Positions 30,646 to 40,129 of a DNA stretch of 64,000 nt are shown here, one piece after another. The stretch is from Candidatus Neptunichlamydia sp. (GTDB lineage: Bacteria > Chlamydiota > Chlamydiia > Chlamydiales > Simkaniaceae): assembly GCA_965233865.1 (NCBI GenBank), contig OZ247587.1:1376001-1440000 (forward strand), given 5' to 3'. Under the pieces are notes generated by a model that did no database searches, was not told where the DNA came from, and saw nothing but the letters and a program-made list of their open reading frames with translations. The position numbers and the translations under genes were made by a program. How positions within the stretch are numbered: the first letter of the stretch is position 1; the number at the start of each line of letters is the position of its first letter.

Positions 30646-31365
30646 GTGACAAAACCCTCTTACAAGCGCGTTCTTCTAAAACTCTCTGGTGAATCCCTCA
30701 AAGGAGAAGCGCCTGGAGTGATCGATCATGTGGCATGCGATCAAATTGCGAATGCAATTTGTGAAGTGTATGAGCTTGGTGTTGAGATTGGAGTCGTTAT
30801 TGGAGGAGGGAATATTTTCCGAGGAAATATGGCAGAGCAATTTGGCTTTGCTCGAACCCCAGCAGATCATGTAGGGATGCTTGCAACAACCATCAATGGT
30901 CTAATCCTTGGACAAGTCCTCTCAACAAAGGGATGCAAAACTCGCGTAATGAGTGCCCTGAATTTTGATGGAATCGTCGAACCCTACAATTGGAATCATG
31001 CCCTACACTCTCTTGACAAAGGACACGTTGTGATCTTTGTTGGAGGGACAGGAAACCCCTATTTTACAACGGATACAACAGCTGCCATGCGAGCCAGTGA
31101 AATCGAGGCAGAGGTTCTTTTAAAAGCTACGAAGGTCGATGGGATTTATGATATGGATCCTATGAAGCACAAAGAGGCTATTAAAAGTGATCACCTGACT
31201 TATGGCGAGGTTTTGACAAAGGATCTCCACGTGATGGACGGTGCGGCGATTGCCCTTTGCCGAGAAAGTGATATTCCAATTCATGTATTCAATCTCTTTG
31301 AAAAGGGTGCAATGCTGAAGGCTGTTACTGATCGAAAGGGCGGAACACTTGTAACGAAAGATTAA
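30646..31365 (+). CDS. pyrH: UMP kinase
   Basis: RVLLKLSGE, GGGNIFRG, GNPYFTTD. Confidence 0.98.
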   Translation: MTKPSYKRVLLKLSGESLKGEAPGVIDHVACDQIANAICEVYELGVEIGVVIGGGNIFRGNMAEQFGFARTPADHVGMLATTINGLILGQVLSTKGCKTRVMSALNFDGIVEPYNWNHALHSLDKGHVVIFVGGTGNPYFTTDTTAAMRASEIEAEVLLKATKVDGIYDMDPMKHKEAIKSDHLTYGEVLTKDLHVMDGAAIALCRESDIPIHVFNLFEKGAMLKAVTDRKGGTLVTKD

Positions 31366-31368
31366 CCC

Positions 31369-31920
31369 GTGAGTATTATGGACGAATGCAAAGAAAATAT
31401 GGTAAAGGCTCTTGACCATTATAAAGCAGAGTTAAAAGGGATGAGGACAAGTCGTCCGAGTTCTTCGATGTTAGATAATGTTCCATTAGAAATCTATGGA
31501 GCCCCGATGCGGATGCGGGACGTTGCAACAGTCTCTGTTGCTGATGGTAATCAGCTTGTTGTAACTCCTTTTGATCCAAGCACGGCAAACTCTATTGCCA
31601 AAGGGATTGGAAAAGCAAATTTGAATCTTCAGCCTGCCGTTGATGGGAACGTTGTTCGTGTCCCTATCCCTCCAATGAGTGAAGAAAGGCGGAAGGAAAT
31701 TGCCAAAGATGCTCGCGAAAAAGGAGAGATGACAAAAGTTACGATTCGTGATGTGCGTCGAAAAGCTAACGATCTGAAAAAAAAACAGAAGTCTGATGGT
31801 GACATTACCGAAGATGACCTTAAAAGAGATGAGAAGATTATTCAAGAGCTTACAGATAAATTTTGCAAACAAGTTGATGAGCTCTTTGTAGAAAAGGAAA
31901 AAGATATCCTCGCAGTTTGA
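31369..31920 (+). CDS. frr: Ribosome recycling factor
   Basis: MRTSR, PPMSEERRKE, IRDVRR, IQELTDK, EKEKDIL. Confidence 0.97.
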   Translation: MSIMDECKENMVKALDHYKAELKGMRTSRPSSSMLDNVPLEIYGAPMRMRDVATVSVADGNQLVVTPFDPSTANSIAKGIGKANLNLQPAVDGNVVRVPIPPMSEERRKEIAKDAREKGEMTKVTIRDVRRKANDLKKKQKSDGDITEDDLKRDEKIIQELTDKFCKQVDELFVEKEKDILAV

Positions 31921-31922
31921 TC

Positions 31923-31952
31923 TTGATTTATTACTGCTTTAGGAATTATAAT
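31923..31952 (+). promoter_or_regulatory. Putative sigma66 promoter of tRNA-Glu/Lys (TTGATT-N18-TATAAT)
   Basis: Consensus -10 upstream of tRNA pair. Confidence 0.5.
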
Positions 31953-31979
31953 TCTCCATTAGACGACAGACTTTTATCT

Positions 31980-32054
31980 GGCCCCATCGTCTAGTTAGGC
32001 CTAGGACACAAGGTTTTCATCCTTGCAACAGGGGTTCGAATCCCCTTGGGGTCA
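31980..32054 (+). tRNA. tRNA-Glu(TTC)
   Basis: GGCCCCA/TGGGGTC acceptor, CAAGG-TTTTCAT-CCTTG, T arm AGGGG-TTCGAAT-CCCCT. Confidence 0.95.
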
Positions 32055-32059
32055 TACTT

Positions 32060-32132
32060 GAGGCTTTAGCTCAGTTGGTAGAGCATCTCCCTTTTAAGGA
32101 GAGGGTCGTTGGTTCGAGCCCAACAAGCCTCA
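32060..32132 (+). tRNA. tRNA-Lys(TTT)
   Basis: GAGGCTT/AAGCCTC acceptor, TCTCC-CTTTTAA-GGAGA, T arm GTTGG-TTCGAGC-CCAAC. Confidence 0.95.
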
Positions 32133-32168
32133 AAAAAAGGTCAGGTGGAAACACCTGACCTTTTTTTT
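32132..32168. terminator. Bidirectional intrinsic terminator
   Basis: A7-ggtcaggtg-gaaa-cacctgacc-T8. Confidence 0.92.
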
Positions 32169-32427
32169 ATCTAACGCCCCCCATCGTAGTGGAGCTCTCA
32201 GTCCATTCAAGGCATTTCCAATATGCATCTTGATCGCTTCCATTTACAGCTGCAGTCAAGGGGTTGTTTTCATATAAAAAACATTCACTTCCTTGATGAA
32301 GGTATCCAGCGATCATCGAAAATGTACTATGAGAAAGAATTAAAATATCTGAACACATCATTTGCCATAATGCATAATTTTCCGATGAGTCTCCCCATAC
32401 CCCCTTTATACAATGATAAGGGATAGA
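32167..32427 (-). pseudogene. 3' fragment of a GT11-like glycosyltransferase abutting IS630 copy 2
   Basis: Open frame from the IS junction: SIPYHCIKGVWGDSSENYALWQMMCSDILILSHSTFSMIAGYL..., like the C..I.ANSTFSWW.AYL motif. Confidence 0.6.
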
Positions 32428-32429
32428 TA

Positions 32430-33167
32430 TAGCTAAAATATTTCGTTTTAGTTATACTTTTTTGAATGACGTATTCATTAGATTTTAGAAAAAAGGTACT
32501 GTTGATCCGAAGCACAGAAAATTTAAGTTTTTCCAAGACAGCAAAACGTTTTGGTATAAGTGTAAATAGCATATTTCTTTGGTCTAAGAGGCTAGAGGCA
32601 AAGCGCACTAAAAATAGACCTGCAATAAAGATTGAAAGAGATCGCTTGATGGAGGATATCAAAAAATACCCTGATGCCTTCAACTATGAACGAGCATATC
32701 GTCTCAATGTAAGCCCTTCAGGTGTTCGTTGTGCCATGAAGCGGCTAAGAATTAGCTAAAAAAACACACTTAACCATCCCAAGGCTTGCAAAAAGAAGAG
32801 ATCTCTCTTCAGAGAAAAGATTGCAAGGTATGAATACTTGGAACAAACCTTCTTACTCTTGCACTGTTTGATTGTAATATTAATACAGATGCCTTTAGCA
32901 GTTGGGCAGAGCAAGACTTGATACCGAAGCTTCCTTCTGAAAGCGTTTTGGTTATGGATAATTCATCGTTTTATAAAAGCAAATCTATGCAAGAAAAGAT
33001 CGAAGCTGCAGGCCACATCTTGGAATATCTTCCTCCATATTCCCCAGATTTAAATCCTATTGAGCGTAAATGGGCACAAGCAAAATCTAAACGAAGAAAA
33101 TATCAATGTGGAATAGATGAACTTTTTAAGGAATATTGCCTATAACTAAATTATATCAACTTATCTA
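32430..33167 (+). mobile_element. IS630-family element copy 2 (738 bp), internally deleted
   Basis: Near-identical to copy 1 but inverted; ~145-bp deletion at ~32836 removes YIDESG; 1-nt loss at the frameshift site; right end ttatcta has one mismatch. Confidence 0.95.
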
Positions 33168-33169
33168 TA

Positions 33170-34636
33170 AGCATCATCAATCATCTGACTAGAAGCTGGG
33201 TTTGCTTTGAGGTGTGTTCTCACCTGGGCTAAACGGTTTTTTGGCATCGCTTCAAAAAGAGGCATGAAAGGAAGTTTTAGTTCTTGCTCAAGGGAGATGG
33301 GAATCGGAGGTAAAGCCTGAGGGCAAGAGGCTTCTTCACTCACGGCAAGTGTTCGATCTATCATGGGCATTTTACTGACCTCCTTCAAAGAGTTGCAATA
33401 ATAACTAAAGAAATTCGCTAAATATAGCACCTCAAAGTACTTTTTGCAGATGGGAAGCTTCGGAAGGGTTTCTTCAATTTGATCGCATATTAGAGAGCAA
33501 GCTTCAACCAAATACCCATAATGCTTCTCCTCTTCATCTGTAAGGGGTTCTCCTTCCACTGTTCCGGTCACGTTAAACCCACCTTCATATGAAAGGCTAT
33601 CGCCATTTTTGTAAATTGCATTTTGCTTAAAGACAATTTGATAGGAAATATTGAAGCAGTCCTTATAAACTCCTTTTGATGGCTCGCCTCCCATAAGATC
33701 TTTAAGAATCTCATTAAATATTCGGTAACGAATTCCTAGGTTTTCACAATGCTTGTGATAGTCTGTTGAGTGCTCGATAAGATAACCCTGAGATTTCTCT
33801 TTAGCACCATTCCAACCTTCAATAAAGTCTTTCTTAAAAAAGCGCCCATTGACAAATCCCTTCATGTAATAATCAAGCATTGCAAGAGCTTCCCCCGTCA
33901 ATGTATGGCGATATACAGGAGGAATGACCGGATAGCTTGTTATTGAATGATTAAAATGAAGACTGAAAAACGAAAGGTCTCAATATACGTAGACCCCTCT
34001 AGCAACGTCTCTTAAGGTTTGCAAAGCCTCGGTTTCACTTAACTCATAAGTCGGAATGTAAAAGGTGTGGGATCCTTCTTGCTCAGGGGAGTCCAGGAGA
34101 TTTAAGATTTTGCCATACTTTCCTGCAACACCTTGGATTTTTCGTATCTGAAGAGCTGTATATTGAGGAGTTTGGCATGCGGCTTCGTACACACTCTTAA
34201 TGTTGTTAATCACAAGATGCCCTTTAAAGGTCTGGGAATCCGCTCTATACTGGATGAATTTTGGAGTGATGAAACGCCCTCCATTCTTAGGATCATCCGC
34301 TACCCATTGCTTGGGGAAATTGTTCCTTCCTCCATCGACTATTTTTCCATTTCTAACGTAAGCCCAAGCTTGTTCACCTCTAGATGTTGTTTTGAGATAG
34401 ATTTCCACACCATGTCTATTTTCACTTATTTTGAAGGACGAGCTAGAAGTTGCATATTCTATAAAAGATCGATTTTCAGGAATATTTTTGTCGAAATGGC
34501 CGGGAGATTTTTTAAATATGTGGCCCGTTATATTAGGGTTATCTTCAATAATAGGTTGAGTCCACTTTGCGCTAGCATTTAGCGTACTGAAAGTGAGTAT
34601 AAGAACCAAAGTAATGAAATAGCACTTTTTAATTAT
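33170..34636 (-). pseudogene. Secreted toxin/effector-like protein: probable start mutated to ATA, in-frame TGA at 33980-33982, 3' end cut by IS630
   Basis: AGGA RBS then ATA-IKKCYFITLVLILTFSTLNASA signal peptide; ORFs 33980-34609 and 33161-33901 are in frame via *DLSFFSLHFNHSITSYPVIPPVYRHT. Confidence 0.7.
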
Positions 34637-34713
34637 GACTATCCTACACCATTGTTGAATAAACTTAATGAAGTGAATATATTCATTTTTAATTTAAAGC
34701 AGCAAGAAAAAAC

Positions 34714-35226
34714 ATGAAAGATCTAATTTCTATAGAAGACAGCTTTCAATCAATTATGCTTTTTTTTCAAGATTTCTGGGATAGTTTCTTAAGAGAGAGG
34801 ATGCTTCAGGAAGGTCTTATTGATCCCGAATTACCTGATAACAGATCTCGTGCACAGGTCGTACCTAAGTCAGCTAATATTGATTTGCTTGAGGACAATA
34901 ACTTTTTCTTTTTGGTCGTATGCATTGGGACATCTTCGAGTGACTATTTTGAAGAGATTATTGAAAAAAGAATGAATATTCCTGCTACTGAACAACATCA
35001 CGGCCTAAAAATTACTAAGAAAATGCTTTTCCAGCTAACTATTGATTTTTGCGATTATTTCAACAAACGCTTTCAGCAAGAAGGAAGAGATTCTCTCAAA
35101 TTTGCAATTGATTGGCTTGAGGATATGAGAAATCATCCACAAAAACATGAAACTGAGTGGAATATCTGGAATAAGACTATCATTGATGTAATTGACAATG
35201 GACAGAAATCCTTAAGCTTCTTTTGA
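34714..35226 (+). CDS. Hypothetical protein, candidate immunity protein
   Basis: Intact acidic helical 170-aa ORF with a twice-occurring motif (ISIEDSFQSIMLFFQDFW / ITKKMLFQLTIDFCDYF) and terminal WNIWNKTIIDV. Confidence 0.6.
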   Translation: MKDLISIEDSFQSIMLFFQDFWDSFLRERMLQEGLIDPELPDNRSRAQVVPKSANIDLLEDNNFFFLVVCIGTSSSDYFEEIIEKRMNIPATEQHHGLKITKKMLFQLTIDFCDYFNKRFQQEGRDSLKFAIDWLEDMRNHPQKHETEWNIWNKTIIDVIDNGQKSLSFF

Positions 35227-35353
35227 GGCCGTCGCTAGTTTCAATTTGACTATAGGGAGTGCCTAGGAAATAAAAAGTCTTAGAACTTTAAAACTTTGTT
35301 TTAATAATTAGATGAGATAAAATCCTTTTCATGACCTAATTTTAGGATGAAAA

Positions 35354-36964
35354 ATGAGTTTTAGGAAATCTAGAAAAGCGATCATTTACTTCTTGACTTT
35401 ATTTACAGCATTTTTGTTGATCTTTCTTTTAAAATTTAATACGATTGAAGGGCCAGGAGAAAAGCGCATGCTTAGAATTTCTCTTCCAGAAGATGTTAGA
35501 ACCTTAGATCCTGCCTTTGCCTTTGAGAACAATTCTTCCCACATAGTTAATATGGTGTTTGAAGGGCTCATGAGAAGGGGAGTTGATGACGTTCCACAGC
35601 TAGCTATTGCTGACAATGTTGACATTTCTAGAGATCAAACACACTACATTTTTCACTTGAGAGATTGTAAGTGGAGTGACGGGACAGATATTACAGCATA
35701 TGATTTTGAGTTCGCTTGGAAAAGGGCCTTAAATCCAAGCACAAAAGCTGTAACTCAAGTACCTTATTATTTTTACCCTATTAAGAATGCAAAACTCTCC
35801 CTTTCTGGTCAGATTTCTGTTGATGAAGTCTGCGTTTATGCGATTGATGCAAAAACTCTTGCCATAGACCTTGAATACCCATCACCCTATTTTCTTGATA
35901 TTGTCGCGCTTCCCTATTTTTATCCTATTCCAAAGCATGCAATAGAAGAAGATTCTAATTGGGGAAATAATGAGAATCTCGTTTGTAACGGGCCATTCTC
36001 ATTAAAAAGTTGGAAAAAAGGAAATAGAATTGAGGTTGTAAAAAATCCAAACTACTGGGATCAAGAAAATGTTCACCTTGCTGGTATTAACATTAGTATC
36101 GTAGGCAATTCAAACACCTCTATTATGCTTTATGAAAAAGGAAGCTTAGACTGGGTTGGGGCTCCTTTTGATAGAATGTCTTACGATGTGTCCTCTTTAG
36201 ATAGAAATAAGGAGAGCGTTCATGCGTACTGGTTTTTTGTTAATACAGAAAAATACCCCTTGAATAATCAAAAGCTTAGAAAAGCTCTTAGCTATGCTAT
36301 CGATAGAAAGTCGATTGTTGATAATGTTTTTCATGACTCTGGTGAGCCTGCTATGTCCCTTCTGTCCCAACCTTTGCGAGTAAGATCCGGGCACTGTTTT
36401 GAGGATAATAACGTATCTGATGCTAGAAAATTATTCGAGGAAGCCTTAGATGAACTCGGTATATCAGCAAAAGATCTTCCAGAAATTGAGTTAAGTTATG
36501 TAGCAGAAATAGAGATGCATCATCGGATCGCCCAAGCGATTCAAGACCAACTGAAAAAAGCTTTGAATGTCAAGATAGGACTCAGAAAAGCAGGATGGGC
36601 TGTTCATTATGACAGTATTTCTAGCGGCGATTATGATTTAGGATTTATGGGATGGTTCACAAATGTTTTAGATGGTTCTTTTATCCTGGAGAATTTCAAA
36701 AATAAAAGGGATAGTGCTAATAAATGCAGTTGGGAAAATGCCCAGTATAAAAAATGCCTGGATCAGGCAAACATCACATTAAATCAAATGGAAAGAGTAA
36801 GACTTCTTAGGGGAGCGGAAGATATCTTGATCGAAGAGATGCCTATTATTCCTTTATGTTTTATAAATCAAAGATTTGCAAAAAACTCAAAGCTAAAAGG
36901 AGAAAATCTTTCCACTCTTCATTTTATAGATTTTAAATCTGCTTACTTTGAAGATAGTGAATAG
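35354..36964 (+). CDS. oppA: Peptide ABC transporter substrate-binding protein (family 5)
   Basis: TLDPA, FEGL, YIFHLRDCKWSDG..ITAYDFEFAWKR, NGPF, KNPNYWD, LRKALSYAIDR. Confidence 0.92.
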   Translation: MSFRKSRKAIIYFLTLFTAFLLIFLLKFNTIEGPGEKRMLRISLPEDVRTLDPAFAFENNSSHIVNMVFEGLMRRGVDDVPQLAIADNVDISRDQTHYIFHLRDCKWSDGTDITAYDFEFAWKRALNPSTKAVTQVPYYFYPIKNAKLSLSGQISVDEVCVYAIDAKTLAIDLEYPSPYFLDIVALPYFYPIPKHAIEEDSNWGNNENLVCNGPFSLKSWKKGNRIEVVKNPNYWDQENVHLAGINISIVGNSNTSIMLYEKGSLDWVGAPFDRMSYDVSSLDRNKESVHAYWFFVNTEKYPLNNQKLRKALSYAIDRKSIVDNVFHDSGEPAMSLLSQPLRVRSGHCFEDNNVSDARKLFEEALDELGISAKDLPEIELSYVAEIEMHHRIAQAIQDQLKKALNVKIGLRKAGWAVHYDSISSGDYDLGFMGWFTNVLDGSFILENFKNKRDSANKCSWENAQYKKCLDQANITLNQMERVRLLRGAEDILIEEMPIIPLCFINQRFAKNSKLKGENLSTLHFIDFKSAYFEDSE

Positions 36965-37067
36965 AATCACGTAGGTTCATCAGAAGTCAAACTTGCTTTC
37001 TCTGCGACAACACCTACAACTCAATTCTTTATTTATTGCGAATTGGTATTGCTCTCTTCTCGATTTC

Positions 37068-37096
37068 TTGACAAATAGCTTTTTCTCACGTATTAA
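37068..37096 (+). promoter_or_regulatory. Putative sigma66 promoter of tol-pal operon (TTGACA-N17-TATTAA)
   Basis: Consensus -35 with 17-bp spacer. Confidence 0.65.
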
Positions 37097-37116
37097 TTTC
37101 ATTAATATCGTTAGGA

Positions 37117-37812
37117 GTGTTCGTGGGAACTTTTTTTCAGGCTTTTGCCGCCGCTGATTTTTTTGGAAAACTTATTTTCTTTGGATTATTTATCCTTTCC
37201 TGCGGATCGTGGGTATTTATCCTCCAAAAATTTTGGATGCTCAAAAATGTTCGAACCCAAGCAAAACGGTTTAGAAAAATGGCAGAGATGCACAAGGAAC
37301 AGATTTTGAATTTAAATTCTCGTTCGAGAAATCCATTCAGTATTCTCTATAACATATTAAAGGAACAAACTCTCATCGTCCTCGATAAAAACAATTATTT
37401 TTTTCAAGGAAGTGAAAATTATCTTTCTGGGCTCGACATTGAATTTCTGGAGTCCCATCTCCACACTGCTGTTGCAAAAGAGAAGGGGAAAGTTGAAAAA
37501 AACCTATTCATTCTTTCCACTACAAAAACTCTCGCTCCATTTTTAGGTCTTCTAGGCACAGTTTGGGGAATCCTCGTTTCTTTTGGCGAATTGCAGGCAG
37601 GCCATTCTGCAACTTCGAATACTGTTATTTTAGGTGGGCTTTCAACAGCTCTTACAACCACTGTTTTAGGCCTTCTAATCGCTATTCCCGCCCTTATTGC
37701 TCACAGCTATTTAAAAAATCTCAGCAAGAAATTCACACTTGAAATGGTTGAGTTTAGCCATTACCTTCTTTCTACTGTGGAACTTCAGTACCGAAAAGTG
37801 GACGTGAGCTGA
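37117..37812 (+). CDS. tolQ: MotA/TolQ/ExbB proton channel
   Basis: APFLGLLGTVWGI, LSTALTTTVLGLLIAIPA. Confidence 0.92.
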   Translation: MFVGTFFQAFAAADFFGKLIFFGLFILSCGSWVFILQKFWMLKNVRTQAKRFRKMAEMHKEQILNLNSRSRNPFSILYNILKEQTLIVLDKNNYFFQGSENYLSGLDIEFLESHLHTAVAKEKGKVEKNLFILSTTKTLAPFLGLLGTVWGILVSFGELQAGHSATSNTVILGGLSTALTTTVLGLLIAIPALIAHSYLKNLSKKFTLEMVEFSHYLLSTVELQYRKVDVS

Positions 37813-37814
37813 GG

Positions 37815-38240
37815 ATGAAAAATTTCCATGCTTTCTTAAATTCTAATGACGAAGAGGAAGAAGATGTTAATCTTACCCCCCTCATTGATGTGGTATTTGT
37901 CGTTCTTATCATGTTTATCTTGGTTGCTCCCTTGGTTGAAATCGACCGGATTCATCTGGCCGTTGCAGGTGGAGAGAAGAAATCAGACATGACTTCATTC
38001 CAAGAAAATACAGCGATAAAAATTCATGTGTACGATGACAACTCTATTTGGTTAAATGGAGTTTCAGTCACAGTTGACGAGCTCAGCAACCAGCTCCAAA
38101 AAATGCATCCTTCCCACCAAAGACTTTCTCCCCAAGTCTTCCATGACCGGAAAGCCTTTTTTGGAACCTATCAATCGGTGAAAAATGCTGTAGAAGGAGC
38201 TGGTTTTGATTCCGTTGACGTGATATTAAAACCAGGATAG
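37815..38240 (+). CDS. tolR: TolR/ExbD
   Basis: VNLTPLIDVVFVVLIMFILVAP. Confidence 0.92.
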   Translation: MKNFHAFLNSNDEEEEDVNLTPLIDVVFVVLIMFILVAPLVEIDRIHLAVAGGEKKSDMTSFQENTAIKIHVYDDNSIWLNGVSVTVDELSNQLQKMHPSHQRLSPQVFHDRKAFFGTYQSVKNAVEGAGFDSVDVILKPG

Positions 38241-38244
38241 TCTC

Positions 38245-38871
38245 ATGAGGGAAAAACCACTCATCCTCATCTCATGCGTCGTCTTTGTCCATCTATTCTT
38301 TTTCTTGTTTGATTTTAAAGAAAAACACTCTCCCCTTGCTCCAAAAAAATCAATCGTTGTGAACACTTACCTTCCCCCTCCTACAAAAGCCACGACTCCT
38401 GCTTCACCCCCCCAAGCACAGCAAACAACAAAAATCGCGCCAAAAAAACCAACAGCCCTATCAAGGAGATCGGCGCCCTCTAAGAAAAATGAGATTTTAA
38501 AAAATCTAAAAGAGACCCTTTCAAAGATTGAAACAAAAGCTCCCCCGGAAGCATCTCTTCCCCTTCCGAAACAAATTCAATCTCTACAGATTGATCATGC
38601 TGAAAAGAAAGAGGAAACCGATTATTTCATCTCTCTTGCCCATGCCTTGAAAGAAGAGCTTGAACTTCCAGAGCTTGGCGAGGTAAAGTTAGAGCTAACT
38701 GTGAGTTATACAGGGCAGGTCCTCAAGTTGCGGATTCTCCAAACGCTGTCAGAAAAAAATCGACGGTATTTAGAGTTGAACCTTCCTCGGCTGAGGCTTC
38801 CCCCTTTTAGTGAGGATTTGAAAAACGAAAACGCGCATACCTTTACTCTTACTTTTTGTAATGCAACTTAG
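38245..38871 (+). CDS. TolA/TonB-like protein
   Basis: N-terminal TM with His, Pro/Lys-rich linker, small C-terminal domain; position between tolR and tolB. Confidence 0.7.
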   Translation: MREKPLILISCVVFVHLFFFLFDFKEKHSPLAPKKSIVVNTYLPPPTKATTPASPPQAQQTTKIAPKKPTALSRRSAPSKKNEILKNLKETLSKIETKAPPEASLPLPKQIQSLQIDHAEKKEETDYFISLAHALKEELELPELGEVKLELTVSYTGQVLKLRILQTLSEKNRRYLELNLPRLRLPPFSEDLKNENAHTFTLTFCNAT

Positions 38872-40129
38872 TCTTCTCTTTTCTTTTGAAGAAAAGGAGC
38901 TTATTGTTCCACTGTCTACTCGGAATTTTTTATCAACTGTGTCGGTTTCTCCTCTTAAGGGTTCTTCTTTTTCGGAAGAGCATTTAGCAGAACTTCGAAA
39001 GACTCTGCTACTCGATATTAATAGAAATGGAAGCTGCTCGGTTGAAGCGAGGGATAAATCAGACTTTCATGTTGAGCTGGAACTTATCGGAAAAGGTCTT
39101 TCGGCTGTAGTTGAACTAAAGCGGGGAGGTGTAACAAAAACGCTCGGTCCCTATTCCCTATGTAGTTCTCTCCCTTCAGATCGACGCATCCTTCACACGT
39201 TTCATGATGATCTTGCTCAAATCATTACTGGGAAACAAGGAATTGCTTCTACCCGCCTTCTTTTTGCCATTCAATTCCCTGAAAAAACTCCTCAAGGCTA
39301 TGAATGGCGCTCTGAAATTTGGGAGTCAGATTACGATGGAAAGAATACAAGGCAAGTGACGCAAGAGTGTAGTTATTGCATTAACCCTGTCTTTTTTCCC
39401 TCTGAAGGAGAGTTCACTAAGGGAAAGTTTATGTATGTAAACTACAAAAAAGGACAGCCAAAAATCTATATCTCTTCTTTTGACTCTCCATGTGGTGATC
39501 CCTTTCTCTCCCTTCGAGGAAATCAGATCCTTCCAACTCTTTCACCGAAAGGGGATCTAATTGCTTTTATCTCTGATGCAAGTGGGCGGGCTGACCTATT
39601 CATTCAGCTCTTTAGCCGCAATCACGGACCCGTAGGGAAACCGATCCAGGTCTTCTCCTATCCAAAGTCTGTGCAAGCGTCACCAACATTTCGTCCTGAT
39701 GGCAAAAAAATTGCCTTTGTTTCCGATAAAAATGGAACTCCCCGTATTTTCTTAATCGACACCCCCTATCCTGGAAGAGACGTTTCAACGCATCCTATAT
39801 GCCTCACAAAAAATTACCGTCATAACACTTGTCCAGCCTGGTCTCCTGATGGAACAAAGCTCGCATACAGTGCTATGATTGACGGCATTAGGCAGATCAT
39901 GGTATATGATTTTCTGACGCAAGAAGAAATTCCGTTAACGAGCGGCTCAAGCCACAAAGAAAATCCGACTTGGGCTCCAAATAGTCTCCATATTATTTAT
40001 AATACAGTTGACCTCTCTTCTTCGGAGTTATATATTATTAACTTAAAACAAAAAGAACCACTGCAAATTACAAGTGGACCTGGAAAAAAACATTATCCCT
40101 CTTGGGAACCAATTAAAGGGCTTTTATGA
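38861..40129 (+). CDS. tolB: TolB beta-propeller protein
   Basis: GIASTRL, DYDG, PD40 repeats (SPKGD, RPDGKKIAF, WSPDGTKLAY). Confidence 0.92.
   Translation: MQLSLLFSFEEKELIVPLSTRNFLSTVSVSPLKGSSFSEEHLAELRKTLLLDINRNGSCSVEARDKSDFHVELELIGKGLSAVVELKRGGVTKTLGPYSLCSSLPSDRRILHTFHDDLAQIITGKQGIASTRLLFAIQFPEKTPQGYEWRSEIWESDYDGKNTRQVTQECSYCINPVFFPSEGEFTKGKFMYVNYKKGQPKIYISSFDSPCGDPFLSLRGNQILPTLSPKGDLIAFISDASGRADLFIQLFSRNHGPVGKPIQVFSYPKSVQASPTFRPDGKKIAFVSDKNGTPRIFLIDTPYPGRDVSTHPICLTKNYRHNTCPAWSPDGTKLAYSAMIDGIRQIMVYDFLTQEEIPLTSGSSHKENPTWAPNSLHIIYNTVDLSSSELYIINLKQKEPLQITSGPGKKHYPSWEPIKGLL

Noticed and set aside
8588..34636. Stop-codon reassignment explaining in-frame stops
   Set aside because: Both TAA and TGA occur, core genes end normally on them, and frameshifts co-occur
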